Positions 30,288-37,809 are shown, numbered from the stretch's first letter. The stretch is 64,000 nt of DNA from an uncultured virus (IMG/VR IMGVR_UViG_3300008110_000044) (IMGVR_UViG_3300008110_000044), one strand, 5' to 3'. Notes: a model not told the origin generated them from the letters alone. Numbers and translations: made by a program.

Positions 30288-30433
30288 CCCCCCCCGGTAC
30301 TATATATCCAGTATGCTAGAGGTAGTGATGGGTACTTCATGGGTTTGACCCCGACTAGAACTTGGCACTGTGGTACCCCTATGGGTTCACGGTTGCAGTT
30401 ACTTATTTTCTAACGCCTTAAAATCTTTATGTC

Positions 30434-30733
30434 ATGGCAAAAGTTAAAGTAAAAGTTCTGAAAGTTTCAGACAAGACCACAAACGGTAATTTCATTCACA
30501 CTCTGAAAACAGACGGTGAAACAATCAAAGTCCTTGGACAGGATATGGTTGGTAACGGATTAACTTACTATGCAGCACTTAAAGGTGCAGCAAAAGTAGG
30601 TACCGAAGAAATCGTAGACCTATCTAGGTTTGACGTTGTGGAAAGACCTTATGAAGTTACAGACGAAGAGTCTGGCGAACTTCGTACGCTCATGTTGAAA
30701 TGGCTCTATCCAAAGAGACCAAGTTCAAACTAA
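30434..30733 (+). CDS. Hypothetical early protein (beta-rich)
   Basis: 99 aa, first plus-strand gene, followed by a terminator. Confidence 0.65.
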   Translation: MAKVKVKVLKVSDKTTNGNFIHTLKTDGETIKVLGQDMVGNGLTYYAALKGAAKVGTEEIVDLSRFDVVERPYEVTDEESGELRTLMLKWLYPKRPSSN

Positions 30734-30736
30734 TTA

Positions 30737-30764
30737 AAGGCGGGACGCAAGTCCCCCTTTTTTA
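30737..30764 (+). terminator. Intrinsic terminator
   Basis: GGGAC-GCAA-GTCCC followed by a T-run. Confidence 0.8.
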
Positions 30765-30832
30765 CTTTCCCTTTTGATTGTCAATCAGTCAATCAGCATT
30801 CTTAATCATTTATAAACCAAACATCCCTAATC

Positions 30833-30982
30833 ATGAAAAGATCTAAACGCCTCATGTTCCCATCTTGGGACTTCTTTAAAGCCTGGTATCTATCTATGAA
30901 AGACAGATTCTCCAAGCTTACTCTTAATCTTGTCCGCTATATCAGTGGCTCACACCACGTAAGAGTAGAGATAAGCTATTAA
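30833..30982 (+). CDS. Small hypothetical protein (49 aa)
   Basis: MKRSKRLMFPSWDFFKAWYLSMKDRF...; A/C-rich leader. Confidence 0.45.
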   Translation: MKRSKRLMFPSWDFFKAWYLSMKDRFSKLTLNLVRYISGSHHVRVEISY

Positions 30983-31248
30983 GAGCGTTATAACTCGTTG
31001 ATAATCAGGTGTGTCTGTGTGGTAGTTCAACAGACACCCTTTTCTTATCCTTTTAAGTACTCTGTATTCCAAAGTACTTTTGCCGCGGATGAGATAGCTA
31101 TAACTCATTATCCCTGGAGAATAGGCTATGTAGGAACCACAGTTAACGTTCATATTGTCTGATGTATCAGAAACGTTCTGCCTCTTACCTATTCTTACGG
31201 ATATACAGACAGGGGGAGCAGTCTATAAAAGGGCTCCCACCAATAATA

Positions 31249-31719
31249 CTTTCTCCGAGTAATACACTATCGGTTGCAAACGGTGTGTATCATAAACCTA
31301 CTGTCTCTTTGAAGACAGCTTGATTAACCACCTAGTACGTGGAGGGGCTTGGAGAGAGTATTCAATGACATGCATGAGTTCCTATGTCTAATAGTCAATT
31401 AGGAGATGAAAACGTCCACCTACACTATTAGCACCTCTTGAAGGTTAGGAACATGCATGTTTTATACTTGTCGGGTGTATATAACCGTCTTGTGTGTACC
31501 AATTGTACATCTCTTTCCGAGCTTCCTGGTTGTTAGGCTATAAAGAGTATTGTAACTAGGTTTCTGTTGGGCCACAGATACAGCCCACAGACAGTCGTCT
31601 TTATGACGGTTGCAAACGGTAGACATAGAGATGACTTCTGTTATCCTCTATGATGGAGAGATGTCTGGACCGCAAGGTCAGATCGGACAGCCTCAATGAT
31701 ATCATAGACCAAGGTATAA
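31249..31719 (+). ncRNA. Candidate large structured ncRNA or ncRNA cluster
   Basis: Three contiguous multi-branch domains in an ~890-nt ORF-free region; repeated loop CGGTTGCAAACGGT. Confidence 0.55.
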
Positions 31720-31872
31720 GATTTTTCTTATTATCTTATTATGTACCATTATGTATCCATTAGCCAAGCTGTATAGCTGGCAGTTTTCAACCCAAGCCTT
31801 GAGCAAGCTGGGCCATTTTACATAAACTACAAGCTCTCTTTACTAATTATTAACCACCTAAATACTCAAAAC

Positions 31873-32061
31873 ATGAAGTATCTAATCAGCATTTTGTTAC
31901 TCTCCATAGCCTTCATACCCTTTTTGCTATGGTTCTCTCTTGTTTATTTATGGACCTTTGATCCCACGCCAGTCAGACAACTTTGTCATGATTTTAGTGA
32001 GACCATAGAGTCTAACTACCGCAAAGCATTTCGTAGAAAACCTAAACGTAGAACCTTTTAA
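31873..32061 (+). CDS. Small membrane protein
   Basis: N-terminal TM helix, basic tail. Confidence 0.6.
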   Translation: MKYLISILLLSIAFIPFLLWFSLVYLWTFDPTPVRQLCHDFSETIESNYRKAFRRKPKRRTF

Positions 32062-32071
32062 ATCATCCTGT

Positions 32072-32275
32072 ATGAAAGCAACAAAAACAATGTTGGCCTT
32101 TGTAGTCACAAGTCTTATTACCTGGCTTTTTCTTGGCTCTCTCTTTTACTTATGCTCTGGCGATCTTTCCTTCCGAGAGGCTTGCACTCACGGTGGCGTA
32201 GCTATGCTTATGCTACTATTTGGATGGATACCTGCCGTAATCGTAAGTATGGACGTAGACGAGAAGATTGCTTAA
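32072..32275 (+). CDS. Small two-TM membrane protein
   Basis: Two hydrophobic segments. Confidence 0.6.
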   Translation: MKATKTMLAFVVTSLITWLFLGSLFYLCSGDLSFREACTHGGVAMLMLLFGWIPAVIVSMDVDEKIA

Positions 32276-32278
32276 CAA

Positions 32279-32356
32279 GTATCACCAGAGATACTACATA
32301 ACATAGTTCTATATAGTTATTATATTATACTATGTTATAGATATCACTGGTGATAC
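32279..32356. repeat. 78-bp imperfect inverted repeat with AT-rich core
   Basis: GTATCACCAG...ATAACATAGT / ACTATGTTAT...CTGGTGATAC. Confidence 0.75.
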
Positions 32357-32374
32357 CTCTTACACTATCATATT

Positions 32375-32986
32375 ATGAAAAAGATATATTTCACAGCTGT
32401 TTTACTGGTATCTGTACTGATACTTATTAGCGTCCAAGCAATGAATATAACCCAAACAATCTATATTCAACCGCTTGGCAAGGTTAAATTCGAGTATCTA
32501 ACAGCAGTAAAACGTTCATTAGAGTCTTTTTATAAGGTAAAATGTGTAATCATGAGTCAAATAGATCCAACCGAAGATGTTATATCTAAACCTAGAAGAC
32601 GTATTGATGCCTCTATGGCACTTAATAAGTACAATTCTAGCAATCACACCATCATTGTGACTGAACGAGATATATCACACTTTAAATCAGTCTCTCAACC
32701 AGACTGGGGCATCTTTGGCCTTGCTACTAAACCTGGTAAAATAGCAATAGTATCAAGTTATAGATTACATAACCCTGATAAAAAACTCATAATCACTAGA
32801 TTACAAAAGATAGCTATCCACGAACTTGGTCATAATCTTGGTCTTGCTCACTGTAATAAAGATATCAAATGCTTGATGTCAGCAGCTGGCGGGACAATAA
32901 AACAAGTAGATCAAGAAGATATATACTTCTGTACATCTTGTAAAAGAAACCTCATTCATTCAACCTTATTAAATCTTGAAAGATGA
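32375..32986 (+). CDS. Archaemetzincin-like (M54) zinc metalloprotease with signal/TM N-terminus
   Basis: HELGHNLGLAHC...CLM...FCTSC: HExxHxxGxxHC, Met-turn and Cys4 site. Confidence 0.85.
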   Translation: MKKIYFTAVLLVSVLILISVQAMNITQTIYIQPLGKVKFEYLTAVKRSLESFYKVKCVIMSQIDPTEDVISKPRRRIDASMALNKYNSSNHTIIVTERDISHFKSVSQPDWGIFGLATKPGKIAIVSSYRLHNPDKKLIITRLQKIAIHELGHNLGLAHCNKDIKCLMSAAGGTIKQVDQEDIYFCTSCKRNLIHSTLLNLER

Positions 32987-33147
32987 AATCATCAAAAGAT
33001 CTCACGCCTTCACAAGTAATACTAATCATGATTATATTCATGAGTATACTGTCTGGGCTTACCAGTTGTTCTTCTACCAGAAACGGCTATGGCTGTAAAG
33101 GTAAAGAATCATGGGAAAAACTAGTTAGAAGGATAAATAGTCCTTAA
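32983..33147 (+). CDS. Small putative lipoprotein (54 aa)
   Basis: Hydrophobic stretch then LTSC lipobox; ATGA overlap with the protease stop. Confidence 0.55.
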   Translation: MKSSKDLTPSQVILIMIIFMSILSGLTSCSSTRNGYGCKGKESWEKLVRRINSP

Positions 33148-33176
33148 ACAGGGTGTTTAATGGTTAAGTAAAGCAA

Positions 33177-33207
33177 GCCCGCTGACGTAACGTTGGCGGG
33201 TTTTTTT
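33177..33207 (+). terminator. Intrinsic terminator
   Basis: CCCGCTGACG-TAA-CGTTGGCGGG followed by T7. Confidence 0.85.
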
Positions 33208-33239
33208 CTCTATTTTTTTATCTTTAAATATAATTCCAC

Positions 33240-33386
33240 ATGGAAAAAACTCTAATCATGGGTAAAAGACATACCCTAAAATTTATTAAGAACACTATAT
33301 TCTTTGGTTTCAGTTATGATAAACCAAAGCTATACTTAGTATTCTTCTGCTTTATAATAGAATTAGACTTTCGTAAAAGCAAATAA
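33240..33386 (+). CDS. Small hypothetical protein (48 aa)
   Basis: MEKTLIMGKRHTLKFIKNTIFFGFSYDK... Confidence 0.45.
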   Translation: MEKTLIMGKRHTLKFIKNTIFFGFSYDKPKLYLVFFCFIIELDFRKSK

Positions 33387-33420
33387 GTTTTAATATTTCT
33401 AACCACCTAAATTCATTAAC

Positions 33421-33831
33421 GTGAAAACATTTCAGATTTCTCTAAATGGTATGGACCCTAGTAAGGTGTACATCCAACAAAAACGCTATGCAAACGGAAG
33501 AGTTCGTTTAGATCTATTAGATCTTATGGATGGTTTTCCTCACAGTATAGCAACAGTAAACTTACCAGATGTACTTCTGGAAGACAATGAGATTCTTGTA
33601 AAAGACTACTCAGAAAATGAAGGCATGCTTGATTTCCTTACAGCAAACAATATTGTAATCCCAACAGATAAGGGAGTACATTCAGGTTTTGTATGGATAC
33701 CAGTATGTAAATTAAATCCTGAATCTGAGTGGGGATATGATCAAAGAGACTATCTTGATTATGTTATAGAAAAACATAACAAAGAACAAGAAGGTCTTGA
33801 CGCAGTCATGTCTCAGTATGATCCGTCTTAA
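33421..33831 (+). CDS. Hypothetical protein (DUF4313-like)
   Basis: ATVNLPD...VKDYSENEGMLDFL...SGFV. Confidence 0.6.
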   Translation: MKTFQISLNGMDPSKVYIQQKRYANGRVRLDLLDLMDGFPHSIATVNLPDVLLEDNEILVKDYSENEGMLDFLTANNIVIPTDKGVHSGFVWIPVCKLNPESEWGYDQRDYLDYVIEKHNKEQEGLDAVMSQYDPS

Positions 33832-33843
33832 AATCATAATTAT

Positions 33844-34005
33844 ATGATACTAAGAATCATCTATTGGATATTAGACATTAAAAAGTCTGAGCCTTTCCAA
33901 TTAAAAGAACGTAAACATGAACCTCCTGCACCAGGCTTTTATGAATGGTGCAAAGAGTTCAAAGTAGGAATCTTACATAATAAGAATTCTTATTTCCCGG
34001 ATTAA
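33844..34005 (+). CDS. Small hypothetical protein (53 aa)
   Basis: MILRIIYW...FYEWCKEFKVG. Confidence 0.45.
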   Translation: MILRIIYWILDIKKSEPFQLKERKHEPPAPGFYEWCKEFKVGILHNKNSYFPD

Positions 34006-34107
34006 AATCCCCCAAGAAAGAGGTGTTGGACCTATTCTACTTCACAGAACGGGCAGTTGATGGTAAGCTCTAAACCATTACTTTTTTACTTAACTAATCT
34101 TAATTCT

Positions 34108-34710
34108 ATGGGTAAGTTTACACAACATGCCTCACAAGAAAAGCAAAAAACCAGACAGTATATTCTGGAACAGATTCCAAAGTTAAAAAAGCGTAAGCCA
34201 CGTCTTCTTACTTTACCAGCAGATAATTTCATCTTTGAAAAAATGGTACTCAAACGTTATCCTAATGCAATCATTGATTGTATGGAGATAGACCGTGTGT
34301 TATACCGTCAAGTAAAAGATAATCTTTCCTGTAAAGTAAACTATGAGTATGGTGATATCTTTGATAAGCTACAGGCAAATCCAAACACGTATGATGTTAT
34401 ATGGTTAGACCTTTGCGGCAACCTATCTACTACAAACCTGTATAGTCTTATATCAGTAGCACAGACCTCTATTAAGAAGAACTGCATATTTGCATTTACT
34501 TTATCCTCACATCGTGAGCAAAGAGGACAGATCTTTACAGAACTGTACAATTGTACAGATATTGATCAGTTCAGATATAAAGTATTTCCAGATATGCTTA
34601 CAAAAATGGCCCGTATTTTTAATCCAAAGTTCAGTCTTCAAAAAATTCTGAGGTATCAGAACGAAGGTTGTCCTATTCCTATGTCTCTTTATTTATTTAC
34701 CAATTCTTAA
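34108..34710 (+). CDS. Class I SAM-dependent methyltransferase-like protein
   Basis: IDCMEID, YGDIF and YDVIWLDLCG Rossmann-type motifs. Confidence 0.6.
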   Translation: MGKFTQHASQEKQKTRQYILEQIPKLKKRKPRLLTLPADNFIFEKMVLKRYPNAIIDCMEIDRVLYRQVKDNLSCKVNYEYGDIFDKLQANPNTYDVIWLDLCGNLSTTNLYSLISVAQTSIKKNCIFAFTLSSHREQRGQIFTELYNCTDIDQFRYKVFPDMLTKMARIFNPKFSLQKILRYQNEGCPIPMSLYLFTNS

Positions 34711-34720
34711 AAAATCATTT

Positions 34721-35086
34721 ATGAAATTTCCAGTTGCACAAGTACGCGAAAACTTTATCAAAGATTGTATGTCAGGTAACTTTAAAACCCAAGAGCTTAT
34801 TAAGAAATATAAGTTCCCAAATGCTCAGGATTACTATCTGACAACTAGCATGTTAAGAAAGAAAGGATTACTTCCTAAATCTAAATTGTCTGAATCTATT
34901 AAAAAGTATTGGGCTAAGAAAAAAGCTGAAACACAGGCTCCTATACAGACTAAGGTTACAAAAGATCAACCTTTATCTGATTTTAGAACTGTATACTTTA
35001 AAGACTTTACTGTTCAGATCCATAAGAAAGCTATGGCAAGACTTGTTGTAGATCACAACAATAACTTGCATATCTTGAACAGTTAA
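34721..35086 (+). CDS. Basic hypothetical protein (possible HTH)
   Basis: 121 aa, Lys-rich. Confidence 0.55.
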   Translation: MKFPVAQVRENFIKDCMSGNFKTQELIKKYKFPNAQDYYLTTSMLRKKGLLPKSKLSESIKKYWAKKKAETQAPIQTKVTKDQPLSDFRTVYFKDFTVQIHKKAMARLVVDHNNNLHILNS

Positions 35087-35088
35087 AC

Positions 35089-35268
35089 TCGGTGAAGCTA
35101 GCGGCAGCTAGTATGGGCATGCTCATGCTCTAATCTTGAAAACAGGAATTGATCAACCATGAGCTACTACAGATGATATGGCTGTCGTGAGGGGGGCTTA
35201 CGAAAAAGACTGCTGCTTTGATTAAGTTCATATTAGTCAGTTTGTCAGAGTAGTAAATAAAACACCGA
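35089..35268 (+). ncRNA. Candidate structured ncRNA
   Basis: TCGGTG/CACCGA closing stem plus several internal hairpins; terminator-like hairpin at 35311-35338. Confidence 0.45.
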
Positions 35269-35356
35269 CACTAGCAGCTTAGCTGACTAGAATTAGGAAA
35301 CACCAACCACAATCAGTACGTCAAGCTGATTATTTTTTAACCTTAATTCATTAAAC

Positions 35357-35929
35357 ATGAAAAGTATTTGCTTAAACCACGATGGAGAAAACGCTGTTGA
35401 GATGTTTGATCTCACAAGAGAAGACGGCCATCGTATCAAAAACCTTATAACCTTTGAAACACTAAAAGGTTATTTATTATCTGATGAGTTATATACAGAT
35501 GATACAGCTCCAAGAATTCTAACAACCAAATCAGGTTGTATAGAAAGATGCTTAGATCGTTTGTATACAGATTCTGAAAAAGCCTTTTTCTTTATGATAT
35601 TTATTAATACTCATGAAGGCATTGGTAAAGCTTATTCTATATATAAGCATTTAGATGAACACATTGAAAGAATGACACAGAGCGATGATTATAATAATCT
35701 TGATGACGGTATTGATGGTCAACTTAAAAAGCTTATTGTCAAGAAGATAAGTCAAGATATAAAAAAAAAGTTTGCTCTTATTGGTGAAGTTCTTGAATGT
35801 ATAAAGAACAACAATTATAACTATGAGCTCTTTATGGATGAATTCAGCGAAAAGTATGATGATTTAACTGATGCTATTGCTGAAAATTTAACAGAGCTCA
35901 GAAGAAGAATGAATAATGATGAGGATTAG
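35357..35929 (+). CDS. Hypothetical protein
   Basis: 190-aa helical acidic ORF. Confidence 0.65.
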   Translation: MKSICLNHDGENAVEMFDLTREDGHRIKNLITFETLKGYLLSDELYTDDTAPRILTTKSGCIERCLDRLYTDSEKAFFFMIFINTHEGIGKAYSIYKHLDEHIERMTQSDDYNNLDDGIDGQLKKLIVKKISQDIKKKFALIGEVLECIKNNNYNYELFMDEFSEKYDDLTDAIAENLTELRRRMNNDED

Positions 35930-35940
35930 GGTTGGTAAAG

Positions 35941-35982
35941 TACCAGGAAGTCCCAGTAATGGGGCTTTCTTGGTATATTTTT
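35941..35982 (+). terminator. Intrinsic terminator
   Basis: TACCAGGAAGTCCCA-GTAA-TGGGGCTTTCTTGGTA followed by a T-run. Confidence 0.7.
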
Positions 35983-36011
35983 GTAGAACATAAAATAATT
36001 ACATAAATTTG
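35980..36011 (+). promoter_or_regulatory. Bacteroidota primary-sigma promoter
   Basis: TTTG (35980-83), N20, TAAATTTG (36004-11): matches the -33/-7 consensus. Confidence 0.7.
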
Positions 36012-36019
36012 TTCACATT

Positions 36020-36307
36020 ATGACAGTCCTTAATCAAAGATTAAACGGTGGGTTTGGTCAGTGCACAACTACAGTAATGAGAGATCCGGCTATTAGTCTG
36101 AGAGATAAAGCGTTGTATGCATATCTGTCAACATTTGCAGATAGTAGAAATAATCAGCTACGGGTCAGTGTGTATAAAATGGCAGCAGAATTAAACGTGA
36201 GTAAGATTACTGTAATAAGATCATTAAAAGCTCTGGAAGATAGTAATATTATAAAGAGAATGTCAATTGGAAAAGGTAAGTCAAAAGTTACTATTCTTTT
36301 AAAATAA
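36020..36307 (+). CDS. Winged-helix (HTH_36-like) DNA-binding protein
   Basis: RDPAISLRDKALYAYL...MAAELNVSKITVIRSLKALED. Confidence 0.75.
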   Translation: MTVLNQRLNGGFGQCTTTVMRDPAISLRDKALYAYLSTFADSRNNQLRVSVYKMAAELNVSKITVIRSLKALEDSNIIKRMSIGKGKSKVTILLK

Positions 36308-36308
36308 C

Positions 36309-36663
36309 TGACTGATTGTAATAGACTTATGTAAGTCGTAACGCCTTCGGGTAGCATTAACCTGTTATGATAGTCACAAACAAAGAAGGTCTGATCTTAG
36401 GAGCTATGTAGCGTATTAAATATAATTACCAGGACGAGTATCGGCAAAAGGTTCGTTTATACTTAGTAGTACGACATGAAGATAGAGCTCCGTCAAACGA
36501 ACAGTATATCAACTGAGTAGCAGGATCAAGGACAGCGTGGACCCATAAGAACTATTGAACCCTGAGGTAGACCTTTTTTTAACTAATTCAGTCTAGCTAA
36601 TAGACTTAAACTAGATGCCGGCATACCGTATCTGTGGCGTCACAGCAGATGGGATCTGGTATG
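36309..36663 (+). ncRNA. Candidate structured ncRNA(s) with pseudoknot upstream of tmRNA
   Basis: Domains 36309-36376 (UUCG hairpin), 36382-36579 (pseudoknot) and 36620-36664. Confidence 0.5.
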
Positions 36664-36696
36664 CATCACAAGTATACCAACTTTTTAAACTTTTAT

Positions 36697-36852
36697 ATGA
36701 AATTAAAACTGAGTAGTCACTTTGATACTTATTACATTCTGCCAGGATTACGTATCTATTATGATACTTTTTATGAAGGAGGACTATCACGTTTTTCCTT
36801 AGAAGTATTCTGGCTTAAATGGAGTATAGATCTGGTCTTTATAGACCGATAA
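36697..36852 (+). CDS. Small hypothetical protein
   Basis: MKLKLSSHFDTYYILPG...FWLKWSIDL. Confidence 0.5.
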   Translation: MKLKLSSHFDTYYILPGLRIYYDTFYEGGLSRFSLEVFWLKWSIDLVFIDR

Positions 36853-36858
36853 GTATAT

Positions 36859-37539
36859 GGGGGTGCCTGGTTTTGACAGACATGTAGAGAGTTAGTAAAC
36901 ATGCGGACCTTTGGTAGAAGTGGTCCTTAAATAAACTGCAAACGATAAACGGCAAGACACAGTCTGACCGTGTAGCAGAAGGAGAAGCTATCTTGGCTTC
37001 TATCTTCGGTGAAGTAGCAGTAGCTGCCTAACCCTACGGGGGATCTATCCCTGGCAACAGAAAATAGTAAACTGACATGCCTTAAGGTTGGAACCCTGGA
37101 TAGGCCCAGGAGAAAGGAGCTATAAACAGAGTTAGCCTTCGCATTAAGAACTACGTTCCCAAAGCGTAAATCTTTCCAGTTGCTCCCGACATGTCAACGA
37201 ATAGACAGAGTCCTATGATGGTAGTTTACTACCGGATACTTATGGCGTGCTGATATTCAAAACCGCTCCGCACTGGAAGTTAGAATAGTTATAAAAGGTT
37301 CTAACGAAGGGAGGATAAAAAGCAGCCTAATGATATTAAGAGCTATGCTCCCAAAATCACGAACCATCCTCCAGTACTCCCGAGCAACAACTAAAACTGA
37401 AGTTGTAAATAGACAGTTAACTCTACGGTGCAGGCTGTCACAATTCTTCAAAGATTTGTGACATATCAGTACTAAGCATGTGATACGTTTTACTTTCTTG
37501 TCTCTTGTTTGGACGCGGGTTCGACTCCCGCCACCTCCA
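36859..37539 (+). ncRNA. ssrA: tmRNA, unusually large (~681 nt)
   Basis: 5' GGGGGTG...TTTTGAC; 3' CTAAGCATGT...GGAC-GCGGG-TTCGACT-CCCGC-CACCTCC-A with G3.U70; PK1 GGACC/GGTCC; tag 36951-37031 ends VAVAA*. Confidence 0.93.
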
Positions 37540-37569
37540 CTGCCTCATATGGCAAGCAAGCAATCGTTA

Positions 37570-37601
37570 ACCCTGGCGTTTCTACGCTGGGGGTATTTTT
37601 T
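37570..37601 (+). terminator. Terminator after tmRNA
   Basis: ACCCTGGCGT-TTCT-ACGCTGGGGT followed by ATTTTTT. Confidence 0.8.
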
Positions 37602-37614
37602 AAATTAGTAGCTT

Positions 37615-37809
37615 ATGAATATATGCCCTATTTGTAATCAACAGTATACACCTGTAGATGTTCATGGACACGTACAATGTAGTGTCTGTAAGACAAACAT
37701 ACAGCCATGTTGTCAAGGAGACACTTGTAACATGACTTATTTAGAAGACAAAGGACCACAGTATGACTCTGCTGGGTTCCAAGAAACAGACAGAGATGTC
37801 ACAGAATAA
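37615..37809 (+). CDS. Small Zn-finger protein
   Basis: CPIC...HGHVQCSVC...PCC. Confidence 0.6.
   Translation: MNICPICNQQYTPVDVHGHVQCSVCKTNIQPCCQGDTCNMTYLEDKGPQYDSAGFQETDRDVTE

Noticed and set aside
30950..31153. 67-aa minus-strand ORF (similarly 37257-37451)
   Set aside because: Antisense to the local block, no protein-like features; the second lies within the tmRNA
31145..31177. Hammerhead-like CTGATGT...GAAAC
   Set aside because: Core is CUGAUGU rather than CUGAUGA and there is no room for stem II
36938..36967. Alternative tmRNA tag GCA AAC GAT AAA (ANDKRQDTV*)
   Set aside because: Lies within PK1 stem 2, lacks the U-5/A-4 resume context and has no C-terminal AA degron
37032..37475. 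Group I intron as the tmRNA insertion
   Set aside because: T-loop and acceptor are uninterrupted; the R-like TCAACGAATAGA and S-like GACAGAGTCC are adjacent with no room for P8. Not fully excluded without Infernal
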